Origin: a virus
Direction: 5' to 3' (one strand)
DNA: 64,000 bases
IMG/VR virus record: IMGVR_UViG_3300044953_000102
Location: 32,001 to 96,000 of that record
The notes under the pieces were generated by a model, which saw only the letters and a list, made by a program, of their open reading frames with translations, made no database searches and was not told the DNA's origin. The position numbers and the translations under genes were made by a program. Shown here in pieces: positions 46,505-56,400 of the stretch. Every line of letters begins with the position of its first letter. Position 1 is the stretch's first letter.

Positions 46505-49500
46505 TGTATAATAAAAAAATTCTTATTGATGCGCTAAAGAAGTTAGGAAGTGCCAAAGCTCCAGCTCAAAAAAAAGACATAGTAGTAGGTTCAAATAATC
46601 CTACTGAAATGTTTGCTATGCAAAAAGGTTTTTCACCATATGACAAAAAGTTAAATGTAAAAAAATCTAACATACATGGTAAAGGTTTATTTACTGAACA
46701 ACCACTTAAAAAAGGAGAACTAATTGGTTTAGCACATGTTAATAATCAACCTACACCTATTGTTGGTAATTTTCATAATCATTCTGAAAATAATGCAACA
46801 GCATTAAGTATACGTAGGGGTAATCAAAGATATTTAGTTGCTGCAAAAGATTTAGAACCCGGTACAGAAATTACAACTAATTATAGATTGCAACCTGAAT
46901 TAGGTCAACCAGAAGATTTTTTACATTCAATAAATGAAACTCCTACTGCTAGACGTGGTGGTTCAGCTCCAAAACTTCCAAATAAAAAAAACTCAAGAGC
47001 CTACTCAAGAAGTCTTGATGCTACTAATAGACTATTTGCAGAACATCCTTGGTTTAAAAAATCTAAATCTAGAAAGAATAAGATTTATGATCCTAATGCT
47101 AAATACTATCAGGATGGTGGAGAACAAGGATGTCCAGAAGGTTATACATACAATCCAGAAACAAAAAGATGTACAAGAAAAAACACAAATTGTCCTGAAG
47201 GTTATTTCTTTGATGCACAAGAAGGAAGATGTAAATCTAAAGCTTATAGAGAAAAATTTGAATTATATAATAAAGGCACTAAAATTACACCAACTGAAGA
47301 AGAAGAATCTTATTCTTATTGGCCAGATGATCTTACTTTAAAATATCTAGATAAAGATATAATGAATAATCCAGAAGGTTCTGAAGTTAATAGACCATTT
47401 TTAATAAACCCTATTAAAACAATTGGTATTTATAATCCTGAAAGAGAATATGAAGAAGATATTGATGACAGATATCTAGCTGATACATACGTTAATGTAT
47501 ATCCAGATTTAAATTACCAAGTAGTTGTAGATCCTAGTAAGCCAAAAGGATATAATGCAGACAAATCTATATACTATGTTCCTGATGAGAATAATTTTGA
47601 ATTTGAAAAATTTAAACAATATAAAAAACTAAAAGAAATTGAAAAAGAAAACTTATCAAATCTTGCAAAATATCCAAATTTAATAACAAAAGAATGGCAA
47701 GAAGATTATAAGTATCGTCCACAGGATGATCCTAAACTATTTTTAGATGCTGAATATTATGGTCAAGGTCTTCCGGGTTATTATACAAACCTAACAAACA
47801 TGCCTTTTGATAAATATAAAAATTCAATAAAAAGAGAATTTAATACGGGTTGTAAAGATTGTAAATATCATTATGGTATAAGTCATGAATATAATGATGA
47901 TTATAATATCAACTTAATTAATCTTGGACATGTAAAAAAAGGTCTTAAAAGCAATGACCCTTCTTATGACATAAGAAATATAAAAGAATATGATTATGTA
48001 GATCTTCCAGATGAATCTATAATACCAAGATTTGACTTAGAATCTGCTGATACAGAACCACCTATTTATAGAGAAGGTGATCCAAGTATGCTAGTACCTC
48101 ATATGAGATTAGAACCTGGCAAAAAAAAATCTAAAAAACATAGAGGACGTTTAATGTATGGTAAAGGTCAAAAATATAAATGGACTACTTATAGACAAAC
48201 TAAAGATTTAGAGTTTGGTACACATAAAACTAATAGACCTATACCAGCTTTAGTTCAAAAATTTACAGGTTATGATCCTAAATATTATCAAGGTTATGAT
48301 AAAGAAGTAGGTGATGAAACTGAATTTGTTCCTGGAGAAATTGAAAGAGCAGAGCAAGAAGGAAGAAAAGTTAACTTTAAAGGTGCGGCTACACTTAGAG
48401 ATTTAAAAAAACAAAAGGAGTATGAAAGACAATGGTTAGAATATCAAAAACAAAAAGATGAAGTAAGACAAAGAAATGAGGATTACTTAAAACAATATAA
48501 TATTACCCCTGAAGAATATGAACAATACTATGGTCCTTTTAGAAGAGGAGGACAATTACCTAAAGCTCAATATGGAATACCACAAGAGTTTTATCAAAAC
48601 TGGTATCAAAATAGGGTAATGCCTACTCCAGAAGGACAAAAACTTTTAGATAAAATACGTCCTGAAGCTTTAGAAAGATCAAGACAAATGATACCTTATA
48701 TTTATTCTGATAAACTAAAACTAGATGATGCAGGATATTATGATACAAAAACTCAAGAAATAATTTTAAATAAGTTTTTACCAGAAGCACAAATAGAAGC
48801 TACAAAACAACACGAGTTTGGACATCATATACAAGCAGGAAATAAATTTTATAATGTTTTAGATAAACCACATCAATTTCTTGTTGAACAAAATATTGTA
48901 GAGCCTGAAAAAATAAGTACAGGAAATTCAGAATGGGATGAAAAATTAAAAGAAAACTATGATTATGTAACTCAACCAGACGAAATGCATGCAAGAGTAA
49001 TGACTCTTAGAAGATTAGCTGGATTTCAACCTAATCAAGTTATTACTGAAAAAGATCTTAAAGATTATTTTAATAGAGTAAAGGAAGCTGGGGAAGCATT
49101 AGACCCAGATATAGAAGATCTAAGAGGAGTTACTAAAGGAAATCAATCTATAGTAAATCTATTAAATGATATGGTCTCTGTTCCTAGTAATAGAGAAGAT
49201 TTACAAGTTGCTAAGTATGGTGTTGAATTAGATCTTACAGAAGATGAAATTAAAAAATATGTGGATAGAGGTTATGTGGTAGAAGACATTTCTATACCTT
49301 CATTAACAAAGATGAAAAAAGGTGGTTTACCTTGTCCACCTTTTTGTTCACCATTAATTGAACTTTCAAAAGGCTTGTCATCTATTGCACAAAATATTCC
49401 AAAAACAAATTTTTTAGGAAGGGGAATAGCAAATACTGCAACAATTTTAGATGAAGGTTTGGGACAAGCTTTTTTAGCTAAGTCTAACGCAGATGCAATA

Positions 49501-50505
49501 TCTGCAGGTAATAAATGGTTACATAATTGGATACAACATCCTACAACACAAATGAAAATTCAAGCTGATATGTTGGATGTAATAAACAATAAAAATTTAA
49601 ATCCTTACAGGATTAAATATGAAACACCAAGATATGGAGATATTGTTCTCAATCCAGAAGAACAATATACAGAAGCATTAAAGATTGCTCAAAATTATAT
49701 GCCTGATGCTAAACCATATTCTTTTGAAAATTTCTTTTCTAATTTAAAAGAGGATAAATTAAATCCAATGTTTGATGTTATGGGTATAACATACAAACAT
49801 CAGTCAGATCCTATTATGCGTAGTTTATATAGTCATGCATTTTTTAAACCAAACAGTACTCAAATTGATACTGACTATAAACCTTTTAAACATTATGGGA
49901 CATTTATTAGAAGAAGTCCATCATTTAGTCCTTATCAAAAAGAATTAGTAACAATACATGAAGGTACACATGAGTGGATAACAGATAAATTGTTAAAAGA
50001 AACTGGTCAAAAAGATTTAATCTTAAGCAGTATTGATCCAGAAATTAAAAAACTTTTTGATAAATGGTCAGTAGATCGTGAAACAAAAGATTTAACTGAG
50101 GATGAAAAAAAGCTTGCTTATCTATCAAATCCAACAGAAGTGCATGCAAGAATAATGGAATTAAGAAGACATAATAATTTAACTCCTTCTGATTATGTTG
50201 ATGAAAATATGGCAAAAAAATTTCTTGAACAAATTAAAAATAAAGAAATATCTGGCGGCAAAGAATTTGCAACAGTTTTAAAAAATGATCCTAAAACATT
50301 ATCTAAATTAATGAATGATTTATATAATATTTCAATTCCTTTGGGTGTTGGTATTGGAGGAGCATCTTTATTAAAAAATCCATACAAAGAAGAATCACCA
50401 ATTGGTGGATATAAAATGGGTGGAGAGTTTGAATTAGGTGATGAAGTAGATGAAGTTACTATGAAAGAATTAAAAAAATTAGGTTTTACATTTGAAAAAA
50501 TATAA
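46504..50505 (+). CDS. giant putative internal virion polyprotein: SET domain plus two zincin domains
   Basis: HGKGLF...NHS...EITTNY; HEFGH...EMHAR; HEGTH...EVHAR. Confidence 0.75.
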   Translation: MYNKKILIDALKKLGSAKAPAQKKDIVVGSNNPTEMFAMQKGFSPYDKKLNVKKSNIHGKGLFTEQPLKKGELIGLAHVNNQPTPIVGNFHNHSENNATALSIRRGNQRYLVAAKDLEPGTEITTNYRLQPELGQPEDFLHSINETPTARRGGSAPKLPNKKNSRAYSRSLDATNRLFAEHPWFKKSKSRKNKIYDPNAKYYQDGGEQGCPEGYTYNPETKRCTRKNTNCPEGYFFDAQEGRCKSKAYREKFELYNKGTKITPTEEEESYSYWPDDLTLKYLDKDIMNNPEGSEVNRPFLINPIKTIGIYNPEREYEEDIDDRYLADTYVNVYPDLNYQVVVDPSKPKGYNADKSIYYVPDENNFEFEKFKQYKKLKEIEKENLSNLAKYPNLITKEWQEDYKYRPQDDPKLFLDAEYYGQGLPGYYTNLTNMPFDKYKNSIKREFNTGCKDCKYHYGISHEYNDDYNINLINLGHVKKGLKSNDPSYDIRNIKEYDYVDLPDESIIPRFDLESADTEPPIYREGDPSMLVPHMRLEPGKKKSKKHRGRLMYGKGQKYKWTTYRQTKDLEFGTHKTNRPIPALVQKFTGYDPKYYQGYDKEVGDETEFVPGEIERAEQEGRKVNFKGAATLRDLKKQKEYERQWLEYQKQKDEVRQRNEDYLKQYNITPEEYEQYYGPFRRGGQLPKAQYGIPQEFYQNWYQNRVMPTPEGQKLLDKIRPEALERSRQMIPYIYSDKLKLDDAGYYDTKTQEIILNKFLPEAQIEATKQHEFGHHIQAGNKFYNVLDKPHQFLVEQNIVEPEKISTGNSEWDEKLKENYDYVTQPDEMHARVMTLRRLAGFQPNQVITEKDLKDYFNRVKEAGEALDPDIEDLRGVTKGNQSIVNLLNDMVSVPSNREDLQVAKYGVELDLTEDEIKKYVDRGYVVEDISIPSLTKMKKGGLPCPPFCSPLIELSKGLSSIAQNIPKTNFLGRGIANTATILDEGLGQAFLAKSNADAISAGNKWLHNWIQHPTTQMKIQADMLDVINNKNLNPYRIKYETPRYGDIVLNPEEQYTEALKIAQNYMPDAKPYSFENFFSNLKEDKLNPMFDVMGITYKHQSDPIMRSLYSHAFFKPNSTQIDTDYKPFKHYGTFIRRSPSFSPYQKELVTIHEGTHEWITDKLLKETGQKDLILSSIDPEIKKLFDKWSVDRETKDLTEDEKKLAYLSNPTEVHARIMELRRHNNLTPSDYVDENMAKKFLEQIKNKEISGGKEFATVLKNDPKTLSKLMNDLYNISIPLGVGIGGASLLKNPYKEESPIGGYKMGGEFELGDEVDEVTMKELKKLGFTFEKI

Positions 50506-50507
50506 TC

Positions 50508-53099
50508 ATGGCTAAGTATAGAATTACCAGTATACCACAGTCTTTACCAAAAGCGCAATTAGGTTTATTTAAAAATAAAAATACATCTCCATTATGGGAA
50601 GCTCAATCTGTTCCAGTTTTTCCAGATCAAGAATCTTCTATTGAAGATGTTATGCCTAGAAGAACTGCTGAAGAACAAGCTAATATTTTTCCTATTATAA
50701 ATCCAGATTTGTCAGGTTCTGCTGAATATGATTTTTCAAAAAGTTGTCCAAATCGTCAAATTTTTTATAGAGGTCAATGTGTTAGTGAAGATGTATTAAA
50801 TGTAATTCTTCAAAGAGAACAAGAAACTGAAAAATTTCAAGCTAAAGAAAGTTTTAGAAATCAACAAATTGCACATAATAAAATGCTTGATGATTTGTAT
50901 ATAAAAAATATGCAAATAGCTCAAGAAGAAAAAAATCTTGCTCAAAAAATTAAACATGAAGATTATGTAAAAGATTTTAAAAAATCAAAAAAATCTACAC
51001 AAATAAAACCATTAGACGTATTTGATACAAATACATTAAGTGAAATGGTTCCAGTTATTGGGGATGATGGAAAAGTAGTAATGGATGAAGAGACTGGTAA
51101 ACCAAAAATGCAAACAAGAAGAGAAGCACTTAGTTCACAATATCTTTTAATTGATAATGATGAAAATAGTAACATTGGTTCAACTGGAACTACTTCTGCT
51201 TGGCCATTAGCAGTTGTTGCAGATAGAATTTACAATAGTGGATTTCAACCAACACAGTTTAAAACAATATGGAAATTTAATGATGACCAAGTAAGACAAG
51301 TAAAAGAACAAACTGGTTCATTAATGGAAAATGCAAAAAATGCATATGATAATGAAGCATATAATAGAATTTTAAAAAAAGCACTTGAGCTCAACATTAC
51401 ACCAGAAGAAGCTGCAAAAATTGTTGCTGGAAAAAATTCTAGTTTTGGATATGCAGAAAGTCTAACAAAAGAATATGCTCCCAATGTTCAGAAAATTATA
51501 AATACAGCATTTGAAGATCTTATGAAAAAAACAGGATCAAGTGCTGATGCAGAAAAACTTAGTCCTACTCAAAAAGAATTATTGCTTAATTTAGAAGAAA
51601 CAAAGGATCAACAATTCTTAAATATAAATGGTGGTCATTATGTAACAGATAAAGATGGTTATAAAATATGGGTTCCTCCCGGAGTAGGAGCAAATATAAT
51701 GCCACTACCTGCTGAAAGTACTGCAGTAAGAAATAAGATAGGTGCATGGACTACAGATCCTGCAACAGGTAAAAAACAGTGGGTTGCACCTAATAATAAT
51801 ACAGCTTATGAAAATGCTCAAGCTGAAAAACTAATTAAAGAGCAAGAAAATATGGTTGCTCAAATACAATATGCTGCTTTAAGAAGATTAATTGAATCTC
51901 CAGATGTTACTGATGCAGAAAGATTAAAAATAGCTAACGATCCAAAAAAACTTGAAAAACTAATAAGTGAATATGTAAATTGGTCTTATTCACCTGAAGG
52001 AGAATTTGATCCACGTAGAGAACAAACTCAAGGTGAATATAGATATACTCCTGGACATTTAAAATCAGATTTTAAAATAACTCCTGAAGGTGCACAATGG
52101 TCTCCTGGTCGCTATGGTCAGGGAAGATATATTGATGGTCCTGTAAATATGGTTTATCCTGAGAAATATGTTATGGGACCTGGTGCAGGAGTTCTTGGTG
52201 GAGGTCTTAGATTACTTAATAAACCACTTGCTAGTTTTATTGGAAGTAGTGCTGCACCTTGGTTAACTGCTGGTAATTTATTTGGTGCTTATACTATATA
52301 TAATGCAGTTAGACCAGAAGGAACTATTTCAAGTGCATATGATAAATTTTCAGAGGGTGATTATAAAGGTGGTGCTTTAAAAAGTCTTGAAGCAGCATTG
52401 GAGTTGTTTCCCACTGTAGGTATTATTTCAAAAGGTGCTAAATTATTAAAGTCAACACCAAGATTTTTTGAATATACTGCTCCTTCAGGTAGAACTTTTG
52501 GTCTTGGAAATGCAAACTTACCAAATATAACAACTGCAGAAAAACCTGAGCAATTTCTTAGTTTAATGACAGGTAGTAATGCTTCTCAGTTAAAAAATTT
52601 ATATTCAACAGAAGCTGATATTATAAATGCAGAAAAAGCACTTGCTAGTGGTCAAGCATTTCCAAGATATACATTTACTCATCCTGCAAAAACACAATTA
52701 CAACTTGAACAAGCATATCAGAATTTAGATCCTAAAGAATTTATGCTTAAGAATTTAGGATTTAGATTAGGAGAAAGTTCACCTATTGAATTTGGAACTT
52801 TTAGTCAACCTACAAAATATTCAACAAAATTTGGAGAATTTACTTTTGGCCCTAAAAGATTTTATCCTGCTAAACTTGAGAGTATAGATTTTAAATCACC
52901 CACGGTCTATGATGAAGGTTCTGTAAATATGTTAGGTCTTAAAGAAGGAGGTTATCTACCACAAGCTCAAGGAGGGTTAATTGCATTAGCTAAAAATTTA
53001 TCTAAAGGTTTAGCAATTCCAGTTTCATCTACAGTGTCTGCATTAAGAAAAATACCAGCAACATATACTGCAATTGCTGAAGGTGGTAATTTATTTTAA
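50508..53099 (+). CDS. giant putative internal virion protein (probably continues into 53095..53421 by +1 shift)
   Basis: LPKAQLG, LKEGG, AQGG motifs; TM-like GAGVLGGG segment. Confidence 0.7.
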   Translation: MAKYRITSIPQSLPKAQLGLFKNKNTSPLWEAQSVPVFPDQESSIEDVMPRRTAEEQANIFPIINPDLSGSAEYDFSKSCPNRQIFYRGQCVSEDVLNVILQREQETEKFQAKESFRNQQIAHNKMLDDLYIKNMQIAQEEKNLAQKIKHEDYVKDFKKSKKSTQIKPLDVFDTNTLSEMVPVIGDDGKVVMDEETGKPKMQTRREALSSQYLLIDNDENSNIGSTGTTSAWPLAVVADRIYNSGFQPTQFKTIWKFNDDQVRQVKEQTGSLMENAKNAYDNEAYNRILKKALELNITPEEAAKIVAGKNSSFGYAESLTKEYAPNVQKIINTAFEDLMKKTGSSADAEKLSPTQKELLLNLEETKDQQFLNINGGHYVTDKDGYKIWVPPGVGANIMPLPAESTAVRNKIGAWTTDPATGKKQWVAPNNNTAYENAQAEKLIKEQENMVAQIQYAALRRLIESPDVTDAERLKIANDPKKLEKLISEYVNWSYSPEGEFDPRREQTQGEYRYTPGHLKSDFKITPEGAQWSPGRYGQGRYIDGPVNMVYPEKYVMGPGAGVLGGGLRLLNKPLASFIGSSAAPWLTAGNLFGAYTIYNAVRPEGTISSAYDKFSEGDYKGGALKSLEAALELFPTVGIISKGAKLLKSTPRFFEYTAPSGRTFGLGNANLPNITTAEKPEQFLSLMTGSNASQLKNLYSTEADIINAEKALASGQAFPRYTFTHPAKTQLQLEQAYQNLDPKEFMLKNLGFRLGESSPIEFGTFSQPTKYSTKFGEFTFGPKRFYPAKLESIDFKSPTVYDEGSVNMLGLKEGGYLPQAQGGLIALAKNLSKGLAIPVSSTVSALRKIPATYTAIAEGGNLF

Positions 53100-53421
53100 T
53101 ATAGGTTCAGCAAAAGGTGTTCCTGGTCGTGCTACAGATCCATTAACTAATACCGCAAGAGGAACTGGTTTACATACAAGACAATGGATAAGTGGTAAGG
53201 GAAATCAAATAGGCACTATTGATCCTACTTTTAGATTTACGGATATGAACAAAATGAGTGCTAAAGATTATTTAGAAATGGAAAGAGAAAAAGAAGACTT
53301 AATAAAGCTTTTTAATACTGGTTGGAGAGGTCATTATAAAAAAGGTGGTGTTTCAATGAAACTTTCTAAAAAAGAAATTGATCAATATATCAAAGATGGA
53401 TATATAGTTGAGGATGAATAA
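53074..53421 (+). CDS. probable C-terminal part of the preceding protein
   Basis: Weak TTG start, overlaps the upstream ORF in the +1 frame; ends YKKGG plus shared C-terminal tag. Confidence 0.55.
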   Translation: MLKVVIYFNIGSAKGVPGRATDPLTNTARGTGLHTRQWISGKGNQIGTIDPTFRFTDMNKMSAKDYLEMEREKEDLIKLFNTGWRGHYKKGGVSMKLSKKEIDQYIKDGYIVEDE

Positions 53422-53479
53422 ACTTTATAAGTTTATTGATTAAATTAAAATTTAGTATATTTAATATATAATATATCTT

Positions 53480-56400
53480 ATGAAAAAATCTGTAAGAATA
53501 AGAAAAGCACTTCCAGGAGAAAAACCAGGGTATTATAATAAGACAGCCAAGTTTTTGAAAAAGGCTCAAATGGGCATGGAAGTAAATTCACCAAGTAATG
53601 ATCCTCAAAGATTAAATGCAATATATACTAATGTATATGCTTCTTTAATGTCTGACATTACTCCAGATGTAATTTATAGTTCATTAATTGGTGAGTATGC
53701 TTTAGATGAGAATACTGCTCTTATGATATTAAGATCTGCATTAGGAAAACTTGCAGAAGAAGGTAAAATTGATCCAGAGTCTTTAGAGGGTGGTAATTCA
53801 CAACAAAATCAAAAACAAGAAGAACAACCTAGTGAAACACAAGACAGAGAAAGTCAAGAAGAATATGATCAACGCATGTCTGAAGATGCTGAACAAGATG
53901 AGTTGGCAATGTCAGATGAAGGTTATTATGATGAAGAAGAAGCAGCAAATAATGATAATTCTCATTTAGATACCGAACAAGAACAACAACAACAGGCTTT
54001 TGCATTTGGTGGTTACTATGATACGGGTGGTGAGTCAGATGAAGATTATTCAGATTACTATGATGATTCAAATCAAAGTTCTTCTCCAGAAAATGCTGTT
54101 ATAAATCAATATAATAATCCTGGTCAAAATAAAATGAAGAAACCTTTTTCTATGGAAGATCTAATAAATATGACACCAGGTATTCAAGGTACTCAATCTG
54201 TACCAGGTATAGAAGATTATTTAGGAGATTATAGACCTATATCAGAATCATATGGGTCAATGGATTACTTACCACAAGCACAATGGGGAGGATTAAGTTT
54301 ACTACCTGGTTTAACAAGACAAGTTGAAAAAGGCATAGAAGCTTTTAATAAAGGCTATAGTGCAATTAGGGGTTTAAGTCCAATGACTAATGTATCAGGT
54401 ATAAGAAAAGCACTTCCACTTGCTACATTAACAGGAGAAGCTTTAACTAAATTACCATATATTGGAAAAAAATTAGCTCCACAATTAAAAACCACATTTA
54501 CACAAAACAGAAATCATTTATGGAAGGTTTTAAATGGTGCTGGTCCAAATCAAGAAATTTTTGGAAATGTTGGAACTCGTGCTAATCCTGATGGTAGTTT
54601 ACAAGTAAATAGATTATTACTATATCAAGATGATGTAGCAAAAATAGTTAGTCAAATTGAAGACTCTGGAAGTCCTGCTGCAGTTATAGAACCAGATGGT
54701 TCAATGAGTTGGGATTATAGCAAAACACTTCCTGAAAGAAAAGTATTTGAGCTTGGTGAAGTACAACCAATGGCTGCAGCAGATGGTTTAGTAAGTGGTG
54801 TATATCCCATGAATTCTAAAGTAACTGGTGGAGTGGATGATAAAGGAAATAAATTTTTTGAGATTTCACATAAATTTGGCCCTAATCAAACATTACCTTT
54901 TGGATCAACATCAAGTAAAGCAAAAGAATTAACATTTAAAAATAGATTTTATTATAAAACTGTAGTTGATCCTGCTACTAATCAAACATCTATTAAAGTG
55001 TTTGGACCATTGGGAGAAGAATTAACACCTGGCACTCAAACTAAATTTAAAATACAAAGACCTTTTATACCATCTGTATTAAGAACTGTAGCAGAAAAAT
55101 TTTTGCAAGATCCTAATACACCTTTTCCAAATTTTCAAGTAGATTTTGGAAGAAATCCAAACGGTCCTTTTACAAGTAGGGTTGGTCGCGTAGATATTAC
55201 TTCTACTCCACCATCTACAGTAGATAGGTTAAGTACTAGGGGTAAAATTGGTAGAGGTTTAGAAAATTTTGCTTTAAGTACTTATATACCACAAATATTT
55301 GGATTAGGTAATCCATTAAGAACATCTCCAAAAAATGTAACTCCATTAAAACTTCCAGTTCTTGGATATACAAGTTCTGCATTAGGTCCTAATGTTGTTA
55401 ATCCAGCACTTGAAACTGGTGTTGCTAGTGACATTGCAAATGCAATGAACTATAAATATAGAATAGGACGTAATGCATTAATAGGAGCAGGAGGATTAGG
55501 TTACTTAGGGTATAAGACTTGGGATGCTTTTTATAATCAGTGTCAATGTGATAATCCAACAGGTAGAAATTATATGCCTAAAGATGAGTATGGTAATTGT
55601 CCTTGTGGAGGAGATGTTGATGATAAAAGAATACTAGATCCTACAGAACAGCCGACTGTTCAAGATATTATGAAGTTTTTGGATGAGCAGGGTCTTTATC
55701 CTACTGAAAAAGATTACTATAGACTTAAAGGAAAAAATAAAAGAAGTAAAGCTGTTGATTATAAAACTGGAGGTATAACAGAAAAACAATTTGTAAAAGC
55801 ATTCTCTTCTAAATTCCAAGATGGTGGACCTCAAGATCAATCATTGGGTAAAGGTAAAAGAATGGATACCCTTACTAATGATGTAGAAGCTAGAAAAGAT
55901 ATCTTTAAAAGTAAACTTAAAGATAATTCTAATGTAGCTCTTACAAAAGAAATTTATAAAAATGCACAAAGTAATCCTCAGATCTTAAACATGTTAATGC
56001 AAGATGGTCCTAAAGAAAATCTTGCTGAAGATACAGGAATGCAAACAGCACAATTTGGAGGAGTTCCTAATTGGTATACTGGATATAACACAGCTTTATC
56101 ACCAAAAGAGTATAGAAAGTTATATAGACAAATGAAAAGAATGATACCAAGAGGTCTAGATATATCTAGAGCTAACATGGCATCAAACTTTTATGACAAT
56201 AGATTTATGCAGCCAGGTTACGGTACAGTAGTTACTACACCTGAGTATATGAATATGCTTGCTATGTCTTCATTACCATTGTACAAAAGTGCAGCCAATG
56301 TTTATGGAGGTGGTAGAAAACCTTCTGAATTACAAGCATATGAAGCTACAGCAATCAATAATGAAAAAGGAATACCATTACTTCCTGAAATGACTCCAGA

